Position numbers and translations under genes: made by a program. Below, in pieces: positions 12,506 through 24,250 of a stretch of DNA of 64,000 bases. Source of the DNA: Felis catus (Eukaryota). Below the pieces are notes generated by a model. That model did no database searches, was not told where the DNA came from, and saw only the letters and a list, made by a program, of their open reading frames with translations. The stretch covers positions 163,186,001-163,250,000 of the forward strand of contig NC_058368.1 of the NCBI RefSeq assembly GCF_018350175.1. The letters are read 5' to 3'. The stretch's first letter is position 1. Each line of letters begins with the position of its first letter.

Positions 12506-12574
12506 TCCTTCCTTCCTTCCTTCCTTCCTTCCTTCCTTCCTTCCTTCCTTCCTTCCTTCCTTCCTTCCTTCCTT
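12438..12574. repeat. Compound (TTTC)n(TTCC)n microsatellite
   Basis: Direct reading; occupies the tail position of the adjacent minus-strand SINE. Confidence 0.97.
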
Positions 12575-12664
12575 AAGTAATCTCTACACCCACTGTGGGG
12601 CTCTAACTCATGATTCAGAGATCAAGAGTCTCATGTTCTACCAATTGAGCCAGCCAGGTGCCCC
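12575..12664 (-). mobile_element. Short tRNA-Lys-like Can-SINE (old subtype)
   Basis: AAGTAATCTCTACACCC...GAGATCAAGAGTC...TGAGCCAGCCAGGTGCCCC. Confidence 0.9.
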
Positions 12665-13319
12665 TAAGATGCCTCTAAAAAATGAAAATAAACCCATTTT
12701 CCAGTTAGGAATGAAATTGAAGATTTTTGTCATTGGTACTACATTCTAAGCAGGGGAAACATAGGAAATGGCCAGAAGTGGTTTTAGTTTTTAAAGTATA
12801 ACCCTGTATGGAGTTTAAACACACCAACTTTGCAATGTTAACTAAGATTTTTTTTTTTATTTGTACAAAATACTTGGTGGTGACAATGATTTTGGCTCCT
12901 TCCCATAAACACTGTGTACTTATGCCTAGTGACTTAGTCTAGAGTTATCAACTATGGGAATACAAAGGGAGGAAACACTGGGGGAGGAAGCTTTTAGAAT
13001 CCTGAGAAGAGGAAATTGATGTTTACACTGCTGTTGGCTAGTTTTGAAGCTTTTAAAAATAAAGTTGCATTGTATATCTCAAATTTTGTAGAAAGAAGAC
13101 TAATGCCAATTGGAAAATAGCATTCTGGGAAGGCTTATGACCTGAGTGGCTCGGAAACCCCCTCAGAGGCCATGGCTCACTAGAAGGTCTGTGGCTAGGT
13201 TTAAAAGAAGAAATGTTTATGTGTTCTCATTCTAGTAAACTATGGACATAAGTATCATGATAATTGCTCCCATTTATTGAGGGAGTTTTTTATAAAGGAG
13301 AAGAAAATCAGCTTCCTGG

Positions 13320-13570
13320 CCTTAGATACTTTGGTTAAGTCTTAGCTCTCCATTTCAATAGCTACGTGACCTTGGACAAATCACTGAACCTCTCAGTGTC
13401 TTAGCTTTATCATCTTTAAAACAAAGATATGTAGTACCTATTATATGTGGTGTAGTGGTTGTAATTATTTTTTGAAGTGATGCATATAAAATGTTATGTG
13501 TGTATAAAATGCATACAAAATGCCTAGCACATGATTAACTGTATAGTAAATATTAACTATTACTATTATT
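13320..13570 (+). mobile_element. MIR
   Basis: TAGCTACGTGACCTTGGACAAATCACTGAACCTCTCAGTGTCTTAGCTTTATCATCTTTAAAA...TGCCTAGCACAT. Confidence 0.8.
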
Positions 13571-14627
13571 ACTATTACATGTTGTATACCTACCTGGAGT
13601 ACTTGTACTGTTTTCTATAACCCTGCAATGCAAACCATTATCCCTGTTTTACAGAAGAAAACTGAAGCTCACAAAGGTGAAGTATTTTGTTCTGAAGGTG
13701 AATTCATGTGAAAATGGTCCTTCTTTTGGCATCCTTTTCATCCTGATGGTTATGTTCTGCTGTTGCCCATTAATACCAAGCTTGTGAGATAGAGCATAAG
13801 GGGTTTGCGATTGTTTTTCTCAGAATTTATGTACTAGGATTATGATGCAATTTACAAGATACAGCATTCTCAAACTTATGAAATACAAAGGCCTCTTTTC
13901 ATCCTTATTTCCAGTTTGACTTAATTATGTTAGTCGTAATGTTATGTAAATATATCCCAACATGGAGTAAATGTCTTAGTTTATAGCATTTACACAGTTA
14001 TAAAATAAAGCAAATTTACAAATTGAATGCCAACAAAACTGCAAAAACAATAAAATTCAAGTAATGACATTAATTTATGTGACAGATGTGTTATTCTGCT
14101 GCAAGTAAACTGTCAATTTTGGGTTTATCCATACTCCAGATGGGTTTTATGTGTAGTCTATGACTACCTTTTGATTTAATACTATTAATGTATCATAAAC
14201 CTTTGAATATCTATGGTTTCATGTGTTCCAGCTCAAGAAACAATGTCTTTTTAAATGAATGTTTTATGATTTGATAGCAATTTCAAGCTGTTTGACAGTT
14301 CAGAGTAATAGGACTTTAGGAATACCAGTTTTACCGGGTGTTACTTGACAAACCTGAAAAGCTGTTGTATTCCCTTCAGAGTCGGTGTTTAAGAGTAACC
14401 TTCACCCCAGTCCTGGCCCTGAGCATAGGACCTGGAGTCAGACTTCTTGGGTTCTCATTGCTGCAACAATACATTTACAGGAAACTTTAGGTGAATTATA
14501 CATTTCTTTGTGATAAATGAAAATTACTGGGTCAACTCGTGTGAAGATACGCGTATTTTGTTTTGCATTGCATTTGATTGCCATTTACAGTGACAGTGTA
14601 GAAGAGGGCCCAGTTTACCACATCCCC

Positions 14628-14909
14628 AGTTGGGAGACAACAAACATTTCTTGGAAAAAGCCAAATGGGATAAATATTTTAGGCTTCGCAGGACACATGC
14701 AATCTCTGTTCCAACTGCTTAACTCTGCTGTTATTTGTAGACATTGAAATTAAACTTCATATAATTTTCACGTCACAAAATTTTCACGTTACACGATTTT
14801 TTTTCCCCCAACAATTGAAGAATGCAAAAACCATTCACTTTTAGCTTGCAGACCATGCAAAAATGTCTGGCAGGGCATTTGAGTTCAGGGCCTGGTTTGT
14901 CCAGGCCTG
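14628..14909. mobile_element. MER58B-like hAT-Charlie MITE, internally deleted
   Basis: CAAACATTTCT...TAAATATTTTAGGCTTCGCAGG...AACTGCTTAACTCTGC...TGCAAAAACCATTC...TTAGCTTGCAGACCATGCAAAAA. Confidence 0.75.
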
Positions 14910-14967
14910 CCCTCGACGACATGTGATAGAGTGAAAAGGTATCTCTTTTTTCCTTTTATTTATGAAG

Positions 14968-15155
14968 GCAGTAGAGTGTGGTGAAGAACACAGCAACTCT
15001 GAACAGAGCCTGTTTGCCCTTGGAATATGACTTTTTCGTTGACTCCGTTTTCTCAACTGAAAAATAGGGGAAAGTTTTTTTTTGTATCTCGGTTGCAGGA
15101 GATGAGGTAAGAAACTGGACGTATAACATGTAGCACAGAGTACATTGTCTGCAGC
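14968..15155 (+). mobile_element. MIR fragment
   Basis: GGCAGTAGAGTGTGGTGAAGAACACAG...CTCTG...CTCCGTTTTCTCAACTGAAAAATAGGG. Confidence 0.6.
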
Positions 15156-15199
15156 TTTAGCTCTTGTCATTTCTTTAGTTACTATTGAGGTCATACAGT

Positions 15200-15700
15200 T
15201 TTCATGTACTTATTGGCTATTTTAATATTTTGTTCTTTTATGACTTCTACAGTCATATTTACTCTTTATTTTGATGCAATGCCGTATTTATATATTATCA
15301 ACCCATTGTCAGACACTTAGTGAATTATTTTTGTTTGCCTTCTGGTTTTGTAGTGGTGAGTTTTTAAAAAAAAATAGTCTCTCAGTTTTATATATTTCAG
15401 TTATTGGAGAAATGCAATTATTTCAGTTGTTGAAGATAAATGCAATACATTTATCTTCTCCATTGTTTTTATTTTTGTAAAAATATTCTCACACGAAGGT
15501 CAGATAATATTTACCTATATTTTTAGTCTAGTTGTTTTATAATTTCACATCTTAACTGTTTAATTCTGGAATTAAATCTTACATATGTCATGATTAATAC
15601 CGTTTAATATAGATTGTTACAAATTAGTTCCACATCATGAATTGATGAGTTATTTCCTCCCCACCCGTTTAAAGTGCCACTTTTTTCTGATTCCAGGTAA
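15200..15700 (-). mobile_element. Old L1 (L1M/L1ME-like) fragments
   Basis: T-rich reverse ORF2 3' signature, e.g. ATATTTACCTATATTTT...TTTAATTCTGGAATT; highly diverged. Confidence 0.5.
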
Positions 15701-15738
15701 TTTGGTTGAATGGAATTGGACCTGAAAAATATTTTGGG

Positions 15739-15852
15739 GGGGAGCACCTGGCTGGTTAATTCAATAGAGTATGTGACTCTTGATCTTGGGGTTGTGAGTT
15801 CAAGCTCCATCTTGGGTGTAGGGATTACTTAAAAATAAAATACTAAAAAAAA
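15739..15852 (+). mobile_element. Short tRNA-Lys-like Can-SINE (old subtype)
   Basis: GGGAGCACCTGGCTGG...GTGACTCTTGATCTTGGGGTTGTGAGTTCAAGC...GGGTGTAGGGATTACTTAAAAATAAAA. Confidence 0.9.
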
Positions 15853-15961
15853 TGTTATTTTAAAAACAAGGCTGTCAGTATGAGACTATTCTTTGGCCTT
15901 CAGTATTGGTAATTTGGTACAATATGAAGCTTTTATATGACTTTAATGATTTTTATCTATC

Positions 15962-16270
15962 TTTTAATTGTGGTAAAAAACATCACAAAGTTTATCATAT
16001 GAACTCTTTTTAAGTGTATATAGTTCAGGAGTATTAATTAAATTCATATTTTTATGTAACAGATCTCCAAAACTTTTTATTACTTATAAAACAGAAGCTC
16101 TATACCCATTAGACAATAACTCTTCACTTCCTCCTCCCCTTGCTCTGGTAACTACCATTCTGCTCTATGTTTCTATAATTTGACATTTCAGATAACTCGT
16201 ATAAATGGAACCATGCAATATTTGTCTTTTTGTGACTGGCTTGTTTCACCTAGCATAATATCTTAAGTTT
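15962..16270 (-). mobile_element. L1 3' end (L1MB-like)
   Basis: TTTTAATTGTGGTAAAA...TTTTAAGTGTATATAGTTCAG...CTGGTAACTACCATTCTGCT...GACTGGCTTGTTTCACCTAGCATAAT. Confidence 0.85.
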
Positions 16271-16297
16271 AGAACTTCTTAAAAATATTTTTTCTAG

Positions 16298-16745
16298 GAC
16301 ACCTGAGTGTCTTAGTTGATTAAGCCTCCTCTTTAAAAACAAAAAAATTTTTAACGTTTATTTTTGAGAGAGAGAGAGACAGACAGGCAGACTGTGAGTG
16401 GGGGAGGGGCAGAGAGAGAGGGAGACACAGAATCCCAGACAGGCTCCAGGCTCTAAGCTGTCAGCACAGAGCCAGACATGGGACTCAAATCCATGAACCT
16501 TCAGATCATGACCTGAGCTGAAGTTGGATGCTTAACTTGAGCCACTCAGGCACCTCTAGCCTCTGACTTGATTTCTGCTCAGGTCATGATCTCATGTTTG
16601 TGGGATCAAGTCCTGCATCAGGTTCTGCACTGAATCCCTGCTCGGGATTCTCTCTCTCCCTCTCTCTCTGGCCCTTCCCTGCTGGTGCGTGTTCTCTCTC
16701 TCTCTCTCTCTAAAAATAAATAAGTAAACATTAAAAAAATTAAAC
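16298..16745 (+). mobile_element. Can-SINE split by a nested antisense SINE
   Basis: Head GGACACCTGAGTG...TTAAGCCTC (16298-16330) resumes at AGCCTCTGACTTGATTTCTGCTCAGGTCATG (16558 onward) through CT tract and A tail. Confidence 0.85.
16333..16556 (-). mobile_element. Can-SINE nested in opposite orientation
   Basis: Complete reverse SINE body; AGCCTC duplicated on both sides. Confidence 0.92.
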
Positions 16746-17225
16746 TAAAATTGTAAAAAAAAATTTTCTCTATTTGGTATCTTGGTAATTATGGGTGAGA
16801 TTGAAATGTTTTTAAATCTAGTCTCTGATCTGGTGGGATTATGGATGTCCTTTATGTCTTATTGCTTTCAGATATATCTTAATGTATTTATCATACATTT
16901 TGTAGGAAAAAATGATGCAAGAATTTCTGCTGGACTTTCAGGTTATTTTCTGTGTGTCTCTTGTGGTAGGACCTATAGCTGGTCACTAGCCCTGTTCTGG
17001 CTCATTGGCTGCACAGTTATTTACCAGATCTTCTCTGTGTACCAGAGTACCAAATCTGATCATCCCCTGTTATCAAAATTTGATTTGGTCCTAATACATC
17101 ACTTGTATCAAATACTTAATTGTTACAACTTATCACTGTGATTGGACATTGAGTTTTCCAACTTAAAAAAAAACTGTGATCTGCCAGAGCAGGAATTTTT
17201 AGCAGACTGAAATTAATAATGAAAT

Positions 17226-17293
17226 AAAAAAAAAAAAGGAAAGGAAAGGAAGAAAAAAAGAAAGAAAAAGAAAGGAAGAAAGAAGGAAAGAAA

Positions 17294-17358
<65 letters not shown>

Positions 17359-17363
17359 AAAAA
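17226..17363. repeat. Polypurine tract with (GAAA)n microsatellite
   Basis: Direct reading. Confidence 0.97.
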
Positions 17364-17829
17364 TACCAAAGCAATATTTAGGAGAAAACACTTTTTAACA
17401 TGAACAAAACACTTAAAAACAGTTTTAAAGCTATTCTTCTCTTAGGTGCCCAATTTGCCATTATGTGAAAAATATCAGTGAACAAATTAACTACATAGCT
17501 TTGAAAAATAGATACCATTTAAAGAAAATTAAAAGCTATAAATATATTGCATAACATTAAGAAACTGAACACAAACCAAAAGGGAAAAAGAATCAGCCAG
17601 AGTCAACTACTGTTAATGTGAGTATTCTTACAAATAGGTGGGTTGATAAATATAGAATAGAATCATGCTGTGCTTACTGTTTTGTAACCTGTTATCTGAT
17701 CTAACTTGTGGATATATGTCGGTTGCTTCTTTTTCTGCCTTTCAAGTGATTTGGTAAAAATAACCTAAATTTTCTTATTTTTTTTTCTCAATCATTTTTT
17801 TTTCTGTGTCCCCATCCCTAATTCTTTAA

Positions 17830-18037
17830 GGTTTTTGTTTTGTTTTGATTGGTATGATTAAAATAATTTCAGGGGTGCCTGGGTAGCTCAGTCGGTTTAG
17901 CATCCAACTTCAGCTCAGGTCAGGATCTTGTGGTTCATGAATTGGAGCCCTGTGTTGGGCTCTGTGCTGACAGCTCAGAGCCTGGAGCCTGCTTCAGATT
18001 CTATGTCTCCCTCTTTCTCTGCTCCTCCCTGACTCAT

Positions 18038-18078
<41 letters not shown>

Positions 18079-19187
18079 AACAGTAAAAAATAATAATTTC
18101 AAAGTCTTGTCCATATGTACATCGTAAGTCGAAATCTGTATGTTCTACAAAGTGATCACCACTAAAAGTCTAGTTACAGTCCATCACCGTACAAGTGAAC
18201 CCCTTTCTTCCGTTTTGCCCACCCCTTGCCATCTCCTTCCCCCCTGGTAACCACACATTTGTTCATTGTATCTGTGACTTTGTTTATGTTTTCTTTAGTG
18301 TGTTCATTTGTTTTTTAAGATTCTACATATTAGTGAAATCACATGATACTTGTCTTTGACTTATTTTACTGGGCATGATACCTTCAAGGTCCATCCATGT
18401 TGTCACAAATGGCAAAATTTCACTCTTTTGTTATGACTGAGTGGTATTCCATTGTGTATAAATATTGCATCTTCTTTATCCATTTAGCTATCTGTGGACT
18501 TTTAGATTGTTTCCATTTCTTGGCTATTGTAAATAACACTAGAGTGAACGAAGGGGTATATGTATCTTTTCAAATCAGTATTTTTGTGTTCTTTGGATAA
18601 ATATCCAGAAGTGCAATAGCTGGATCATATAAGTTCTATTATTAATTTTTTGATGAATCACGATACTGATTTCCACAGTGACTGTACCAATTTATATTCC
18701 CATCAACAGTGCACAAGGATTCCCTTTTCTCTACATCCTCACCAACACTTGTTGGTGATAATAGCCATCCTAATTGGTGTGAGATGATATCCATTGTGGT
18801 TGTGACTCGCATTTCCATAATAATTAGTCATGTTGAACAACTTTTCATGTGCCTGTTGGTGGCCATCTGGATGTCTTCTTTGGAAAAATGTCTTTTCATA
18901 TCCTCTGTGCATTTTCTAACAGGTTGTTTGGTTTTTAGGATGAGTTGTGTGAGTTCTTTACACATTTTAGATATTAATCTTTTGTTGGATATATGACTTG
19001 CAAAAATCTCCCATTCAGTTGGTTACCTTTTCATTTTGATGATGGTTTCATTTGCTCTGCAGAAACTTGTTAGTTTGGTCTGTAAGCCCATTTGTTTATT
19101 TTTGCTTTTGTTTCCTTTGCCTTTGGAGTCAGATGTACAAGAACATCACTAAGACTAATGTTCAGGAGCTTACCACCTACATTTTCT
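17830..19187 (-). mobile_element. L1 ORF2 C-terminus and 3' UTR (3' segment of a 5'-inverted L1), interrupted by a SINE
   Basis: Minus strand from 19187 reads ENVGGKLLNISLSDVLVHLTPKAKETKAKINKW (L1 ORF2); typical reverse 3' UTR CAAGGTCCATCCATGTTGTCACAAATGGC; T-rich tail about 17831-17850. Confidence 0.92.
17872..18091 (+). mobile_element. Can-SINE inserted in L1 3' UTR
   Basis: Full head, (CT)n, tail; TSD AATAATTTCA at 17862-17871 and 18092-18101. Confidence 0.95.
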
Positions 19188-19984
19188 GTATATACAAAAC
19201 CCAAAAGACTCTGTCATAAAGCTGTTAGAACTAATAAATGAATTCAGTAAAGTAGCAGGATATAAAATTGATGTATAGAAATGTGGCATTTCTATACACA
19301 AATAACAAATTATCAGAAAGAGAAATGAACACTTACAATTGATGCATTTACATTTACATCAGAAAGAATAAAATACCTAGGAATGAATTTAACCAATGAG
19401 GTGAAAGACTTGTACACTGAAAACTGTAAGGCAGTGATGAAAGAAATTGAGGAAGACACAAATGGAAAGATATTTTGTGCGTATGGATTGGAAGAGACTA
19501 TTATTAAAATATCCATACTACCCAAAGCAATCTGTAGATTAAATGTAACCCTTATCAAAATTCCAATGGCATTTTTTACAGAACTAGAACAAATAATTCT
19601 AAAATTTGCATAGAACCACAAATCATCCCAAATAGCCAAAGCAGTCTTGAGAGAGAACAAAACTGGATATATCGTGCTCCCTGATTTCAAACTATACTAC
19701 AAAGCTGTAGTAGTCAAAACAGCATGGTATTGGCATGAAAACAAACACGTAAGTCAATGACATAAAATTGAGATCCCAGAAATAAACCCACACATATAAT
19801 AACAATTTATGACAAAGGAGCCAAGAACACACAATGGGGAAAGGACAGTTCCTTCGTAAAGTGTTGGGAAAACTGGACAGCTACATGAAAAGAATGAAGC
19901 TAGACGACTATCTTACACCCTACATACAAATTAACTCAAAATAGGTGAAAGGTTTGAATGTAAGACTTCAAACCATAAAATTCC
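19188..19984 (+). mobile_element. L1 ORF2 fragment (inverted 5' segment), disrupted frame
   Basis: QNPKDSVIKLLELINEFSKVAGYKI and ORF 19383..19613 (NLTNEVKDLYTEN...ILPKAICRLN...KIPMAFFTELEQ) are canonical L1 ORF2 motifs; stops and frameshifts present. Confidence 0.95.
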
Positions 19985-20015
19985 CTTCAATTTTTTAATC
20001 TACCTGGTTGAGTGA

Positions 20016-20019
<4 letters not shown>

Positions 20020-20057
<38 letters not shown>
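20020..20057. repeat. (TG)n microsatellite
   Basis: Direct reading. Confidence 0.97.
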
Positions 20058-20058
<1 letters not shown>

Positions 20059-20059
20059 G

Positions 20060-20830
20060 TGTAGGTCTGTGTAGTGTGAGGTATAATTTTAAGTTGATCC
20101 CTTCCCCAGGTTGCTTAAAATGATTTAGAGCATAGTGTATTTCTTCTCCATTGAGCTGTGGTTTTTCTTTTATGTGTGAATACAGAACATGACTTCCTGG
20201 GAAGTTTATAGGTTTATTCTTCTCCATGAGAAGATGTATCTGTCTATTCTACAAGTACCAGATTGACCTTATTTTTTGTAGTTTGAAGATAGGTTATATG
20301 ACTGGTAAGTCATACTTTTTAGTGATCCTTTTTTTCCAATTAGATTCCCTATCATTTGTTATTCCCAGTCATTGATTCTTAACCAACGTCATGCATAAAA
20401 ATTATCTGGGAAGCTTTGACCAATTATATGTGACATTTGTAAGTTGTAATTTCCTAAGGGTAAGGTGGGACACAGGCATGTATATTCTGATAAAACTCTG
20501 ATGGATTCTGATATATGCCCATGTTTAACAACCACTGTTCAGAGATGTTAGCATTGTTATGCTCATTTATGCTCTACCTTGAGATTTTTTTTAGTGGAAT
20601 TGCATTAAATTTGCCAATTAATTTTGGAAGAAATAACATTTTTATAGTATTTACTCTTCTCATATAGGGTAACAATATTTATTTGCCATTGTTGCATAAC
20701 TGTATTTATTGCTCTCATAAAAATTTTATTTTTGTGTATCTCACACGTTTTTTATTAGAGTTATTCCTATATATTTGGGGTTGTTTTGTTTTCCTTTGTG
20801 AATGGGTAAGGCTTCCCTTTTGCTCCCTCA
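20060..20830 (-). mobile_element. Old L1 (L1ME-like) ORF2 remnants
   Basis: GGAATTGCATTAAATTTG...ATTAATTTTGGAAGAA...ACATTTTTATAGTATT reverse ORF2 signature; diverged. Confidence 0.6.
20367..20537. mobile_element. MER5-family hAT-Charlie MITE
   Basis: ATTCTTAACC...AATTATCTGGGAAGCTTT...GGATTCTGAT...TTTAACAACCACTG. Confidence 0.6.
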
Positions 20831-21069
20831 TATTTTCTTATTTGTTTTTGTGGGTATGCAGAAAAGTTTTTGTGGGAAGAGAAAGATGTTTGTATTGTAG
20901 GGCAGTTTTCTTTATAGTTTCTGGAACTTTATCTTAGTTGAAATGGATCTTTTTCAAAATCACCATGCAGCAACAAAAATAGGGATACAAAAATGGAAAA
21001 AGTGAGGCAACATATGAGTTGACTTAAAATCTAGAAAGGAGATTTTCTGTGAATTAAAGACTGTTCAAG

Positions 21070-21320
21070 TTACTTTCTCATTGAGACCTACCTTGACTAT
21101 TCTGTGTGAATTTGCACACCTGCACCTCTAATTCTTTATCCTTTTGCCCTGCTCTCTTTTTCTCTCATAGAACTTGTTATTGTCTAACATATTACATAAT
21201 TTACTTTAAATATTTTCCCCTTACTGTCTATCCTGATCAGAATCAAAGCTTCATTGGGCTCATTTTTTAGAATAGTGCCTGGAACCTAGGAAGTGTTCTA
21301 TAAATTTTAGTTGAATAAAA
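21070..21320 (+). mobile_element. L2a 3' fragment
   Basis: TTTCTCATTGAGACCTACCTTGAC...TAGAATAGTGCCTGGAACCTAGGAAGTG...TAGTTGAATAAA. Confidence 0.7.
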
Positions 21321-22146
21321 CTTTAGTTAGGGAAAAATCAAGTATTTAAGTGAGGGTTTCTGAAAATAATGACCTACTTGTCTGAGTAAGGGTGAGAAAT
21401 CTGTTCTACTAGAGAATTTAAAAATTAGCCAAATGAAGCTTTTTCTTTGCAGAAGGAACCCATAGGTAAAATGTGCATTAGGGAAGCAGGCTTTTAGCTA
21501 AGAGGTCAGTGATTTATATTTGAATATGTGAGAAACAGGATGTTGCTGTTCATGCTGGGGGCTCTGTTAACTATGTGGAGATCTATTTTCTTTCAGCAAT
21601 AGCAGATTGGGTTAGCCCCTCTTTTGTTTTCCCTACAAAAGAGAGGTCATTGAAGCTATCATTCTCCATTTTTAAAGATGGAAATAAACATGAGAGAGAA
21701 AAGTTGTTTTGCTAGATTAGAGATTAATAGGGGCTCGTTCTGTTTATTTCTCCTGTGATGTTTTAAGGGAAATGTCATCTGCCAAATTTCTTACTGCCCT
21801 TGAGAGACCTGTAGTCATTTCTGTTACAGGCAGAACTGTATTAATTATGGCTTAACACTTGAATGGCACCAGCCTGGATATCTGCTATATATATTTGTAT
21901 TGCCCTAATATATTATCATGCTCTTTTGTAGTATATATAATATTTATGACCAAATAACATTTCAGTATGTAAATGCTTAGTTACAATTAAGTGAGAAGAT
22001 GTAATGAAGTATTCAGAATCAACTCTTGGAGCCCCCACTAGTTTGAAAAAGTTCAAGGGAGAAAGCCCACATCACAGAAAATTTAAAAGGAGACTTGGGA
22101 GGACCGCCTTTCAGCTTCTCAGCTCCCCACATTTTTTTTTAAGATT

Positions 22147-22371
22147 TTTTTTTTAATTTTTTTTCAACGTTTTTTATTTTATTTTTGGGACAGAGAGAGA
22201 CAGAGCATGAACGGGGGAGGGGCAGAGAGAGAGGGAGACACAGAATCGGAAGCAGGCTCCAGGCTCCGAGCCGTCAGCCCAGAGCCTGACGCGGGGCTCT
22301 AACTCACGGACCGTGAGATCGTGACCTGGCTGAAGTCGGACGCTTAACCGACTGCGCCACCCAGGCGCCCC
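22147..22371 (-). mobile_element. Very young Can-SINE (SINEC_Fc)
   Basis: CpGs retained (GTCGGACGCTTAACCGACTGCGCCACCCAGGCGCCCC); perfect TSD TTTTTTTTAAGATT at 22133-22146 and 22372-22385. Confidence 0.98.
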
Positions 22372-22910
22372 TTTTTTTTAAGATTGGATTTGTCTTCCCT
22401 TTTAATACTTGCGTATCGTTCTTCCGCAGTCTCCTTGATTTTGCCCTATGCTTGTGTTTATATGTTTATATTTGCTCTGTCTCCTGTTTTAGGTGGTAAC
22501 ATTGTCAGTGGCAGACAGTTTGTCTCCTATTTTATAATTCCCTAGAGCATTCTGTACAGTGTTTTAAACAAGAAGCACTCAATTAATGTTTGCCTCACAA
22601 GTAAACAAGAGGGAAAATTAAGGTTCCAGGAAGGAGATTGTAACATTACCAAAAATTATATTAAGGAGTCAGAATAATCAAAACAGGCATTTGGTGTCTC
22701 TGGCATTCAGAGTGAGATGAAAAGTCGACCTCATACGGATGGATAAAATGAGTTTGGGGACTGCTCAAGTAGATTACTGTTATTGTTTGCTTCCAAAGCC
22801 TGGTCTGTGGCATTTGTTCCAGAGGAAATTCTAGATCAGTGGTGATTTAATCCTGCCAAATGACAAATGTCTGAAATGAGTCATTCCCATTTTCATTCAC
22901 TTTGTTTTTA

Positions 22911-23130
22911 TTTTATTTATTTATTTTTATTTTAGAGAGAGCGCACAAGCGGGGAGAGGGGCAGAGAGAGAGAGAGAGGAAGAGAGAGAGAGAGAGAGAG
23001 AATGAATCTTAAGCAGGTTCCATGCTCAGCACAGAGCCTGACCCAGGGTTCTATCCCATGACCCTAGGATTATGACCTGAGCCAAAAATCAAGACTCAGA
23101 CATTCAACTGACTGAGCCACCCAGGCGCCC
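22911..23130 (-). mobile_element. Can-SINE
   Basis: Perfect 15-bp TSD TTCACTTTGTTTTTA at 22896-22910 and 23131-23145. Confidence 0.97.
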
Positions 23131-23484
23131 TTCACTTTGTTTTTACATGGAAGACCACATGGACAACCAAATAAATAAAGCTGAGCTTTCTGGTTGGTTG
23201 GCACTGACAATTTTCACAATTCATCCTTGTCGTGGTTCCCATAGTAATATTTTAGATGTGGATCCTGTACAAGATGGGTTTATATTGTATATTTGGAGGG
23301 AATCGTTTGTGTGAATTTGAATCAGGCAGTCTCTACTACTCAGATCTTTTGATAGTGTGAATCTAAGACCAGAATTACCTGTCATGGAAAACTCTTGGAC
23401 TTGCCATGAGGAACCTGGGCTCCTCTCCAGGCATCCAACTTGACTTCCATAAAATGAAGGAGCTGAATAAGGTATTCTGTAAAG

Positions 23485-24242
23485 CAAAGATTCTCAACCC
23501 TGGAAGATCCAATGCTTCTTTTTTACAGCATATGTTTTGTAGTACCTTCTTTGCTACCAGGAAGTGAAATCCTATATAATATAACCTCCTTGCATGCATA
23601 ATTTTATAAAAATATATATATTACTTATATTTATGTGTATATAAAATTCCTACCTGTAATATAAAATAACAATACAAATCAAGTAATTTATAATGAAACA
23701 ATATACTTTTAATATGTAAATTAGTTACAGTTACACAGGAAGACATAATGAAGTATTCAGAAGGCTGTGCCTATATGTAGAATAACAGTGTATGTGATGG
23801 CTATACACATAGATTGATGTTTTTATTATATTGCCCACTCAGATACTATAAATGGTGTTGGTGATGTTATTTTTCCAGAATGATGAGCAACTCTTAGCAG
23901 AGTTCCAGATTAAACAAAATTCTGCCTTCTCTTGATTTATGTAGTTTCATTTCTAAACATAAAAGTTTTTAAACCATACAAAATTTTTTTTGTGTTCATA
24001 TGTATGATGGAATTAGGCTCTGGCTTAGATAATCATAAACACGTTGATCACCATTTTGGTTCATGAGACATTTGAAAGTTGAGTAGCATACGGTATGGCA
24101 CTCTATTAAGAGTGCACATTGCGTGATGTATCCCTGGACCTGGCCACCTAATGCCTGTAGCCCCCTTTTGTCACACCAACCCTGATGCCAGATTTCTGCA
24201 TCACCTTCTAAGGGACAGTACTGCCCCCATGGAAAACCGTTG
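23485..24242 (-). mobile_element. MER20B-like hAT-Charlie element, near full length
   Basis: Degenerate TIRs (CAAAGATTCTCAACC ... GGAAAACCGTTG); internal GAAGACATAATGAAGTA.TCAGA, CAACTCTTAGCAGAGTTCC, AGATAATCATAAACA match remembered reverse MER20B consensus. Confidence 0.8.
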
Positions 24243-24250
24243 TCCTAGGG

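Noticed and set aside
12575..12664. Short tRNA-Lys-like sequences (also 15739 and 53089) as tRNA genes
   Set aside because: Diverged, followed by SINE-type tails, no intact cloverleaf; they are old Can-SINEs
13855..14130. AT-rich stretch starting CAGCATTCTCAAACT resembling a Charlie-type terminus
   Set aside because: Could not find a matching second terminus or assign a family from memory
18397..19690. ORFs 18397, 18709, 19313 and 19383 as genes
   Set aside because: Sense or antisense readings of a broken L1 ORF2 and 3' UTR
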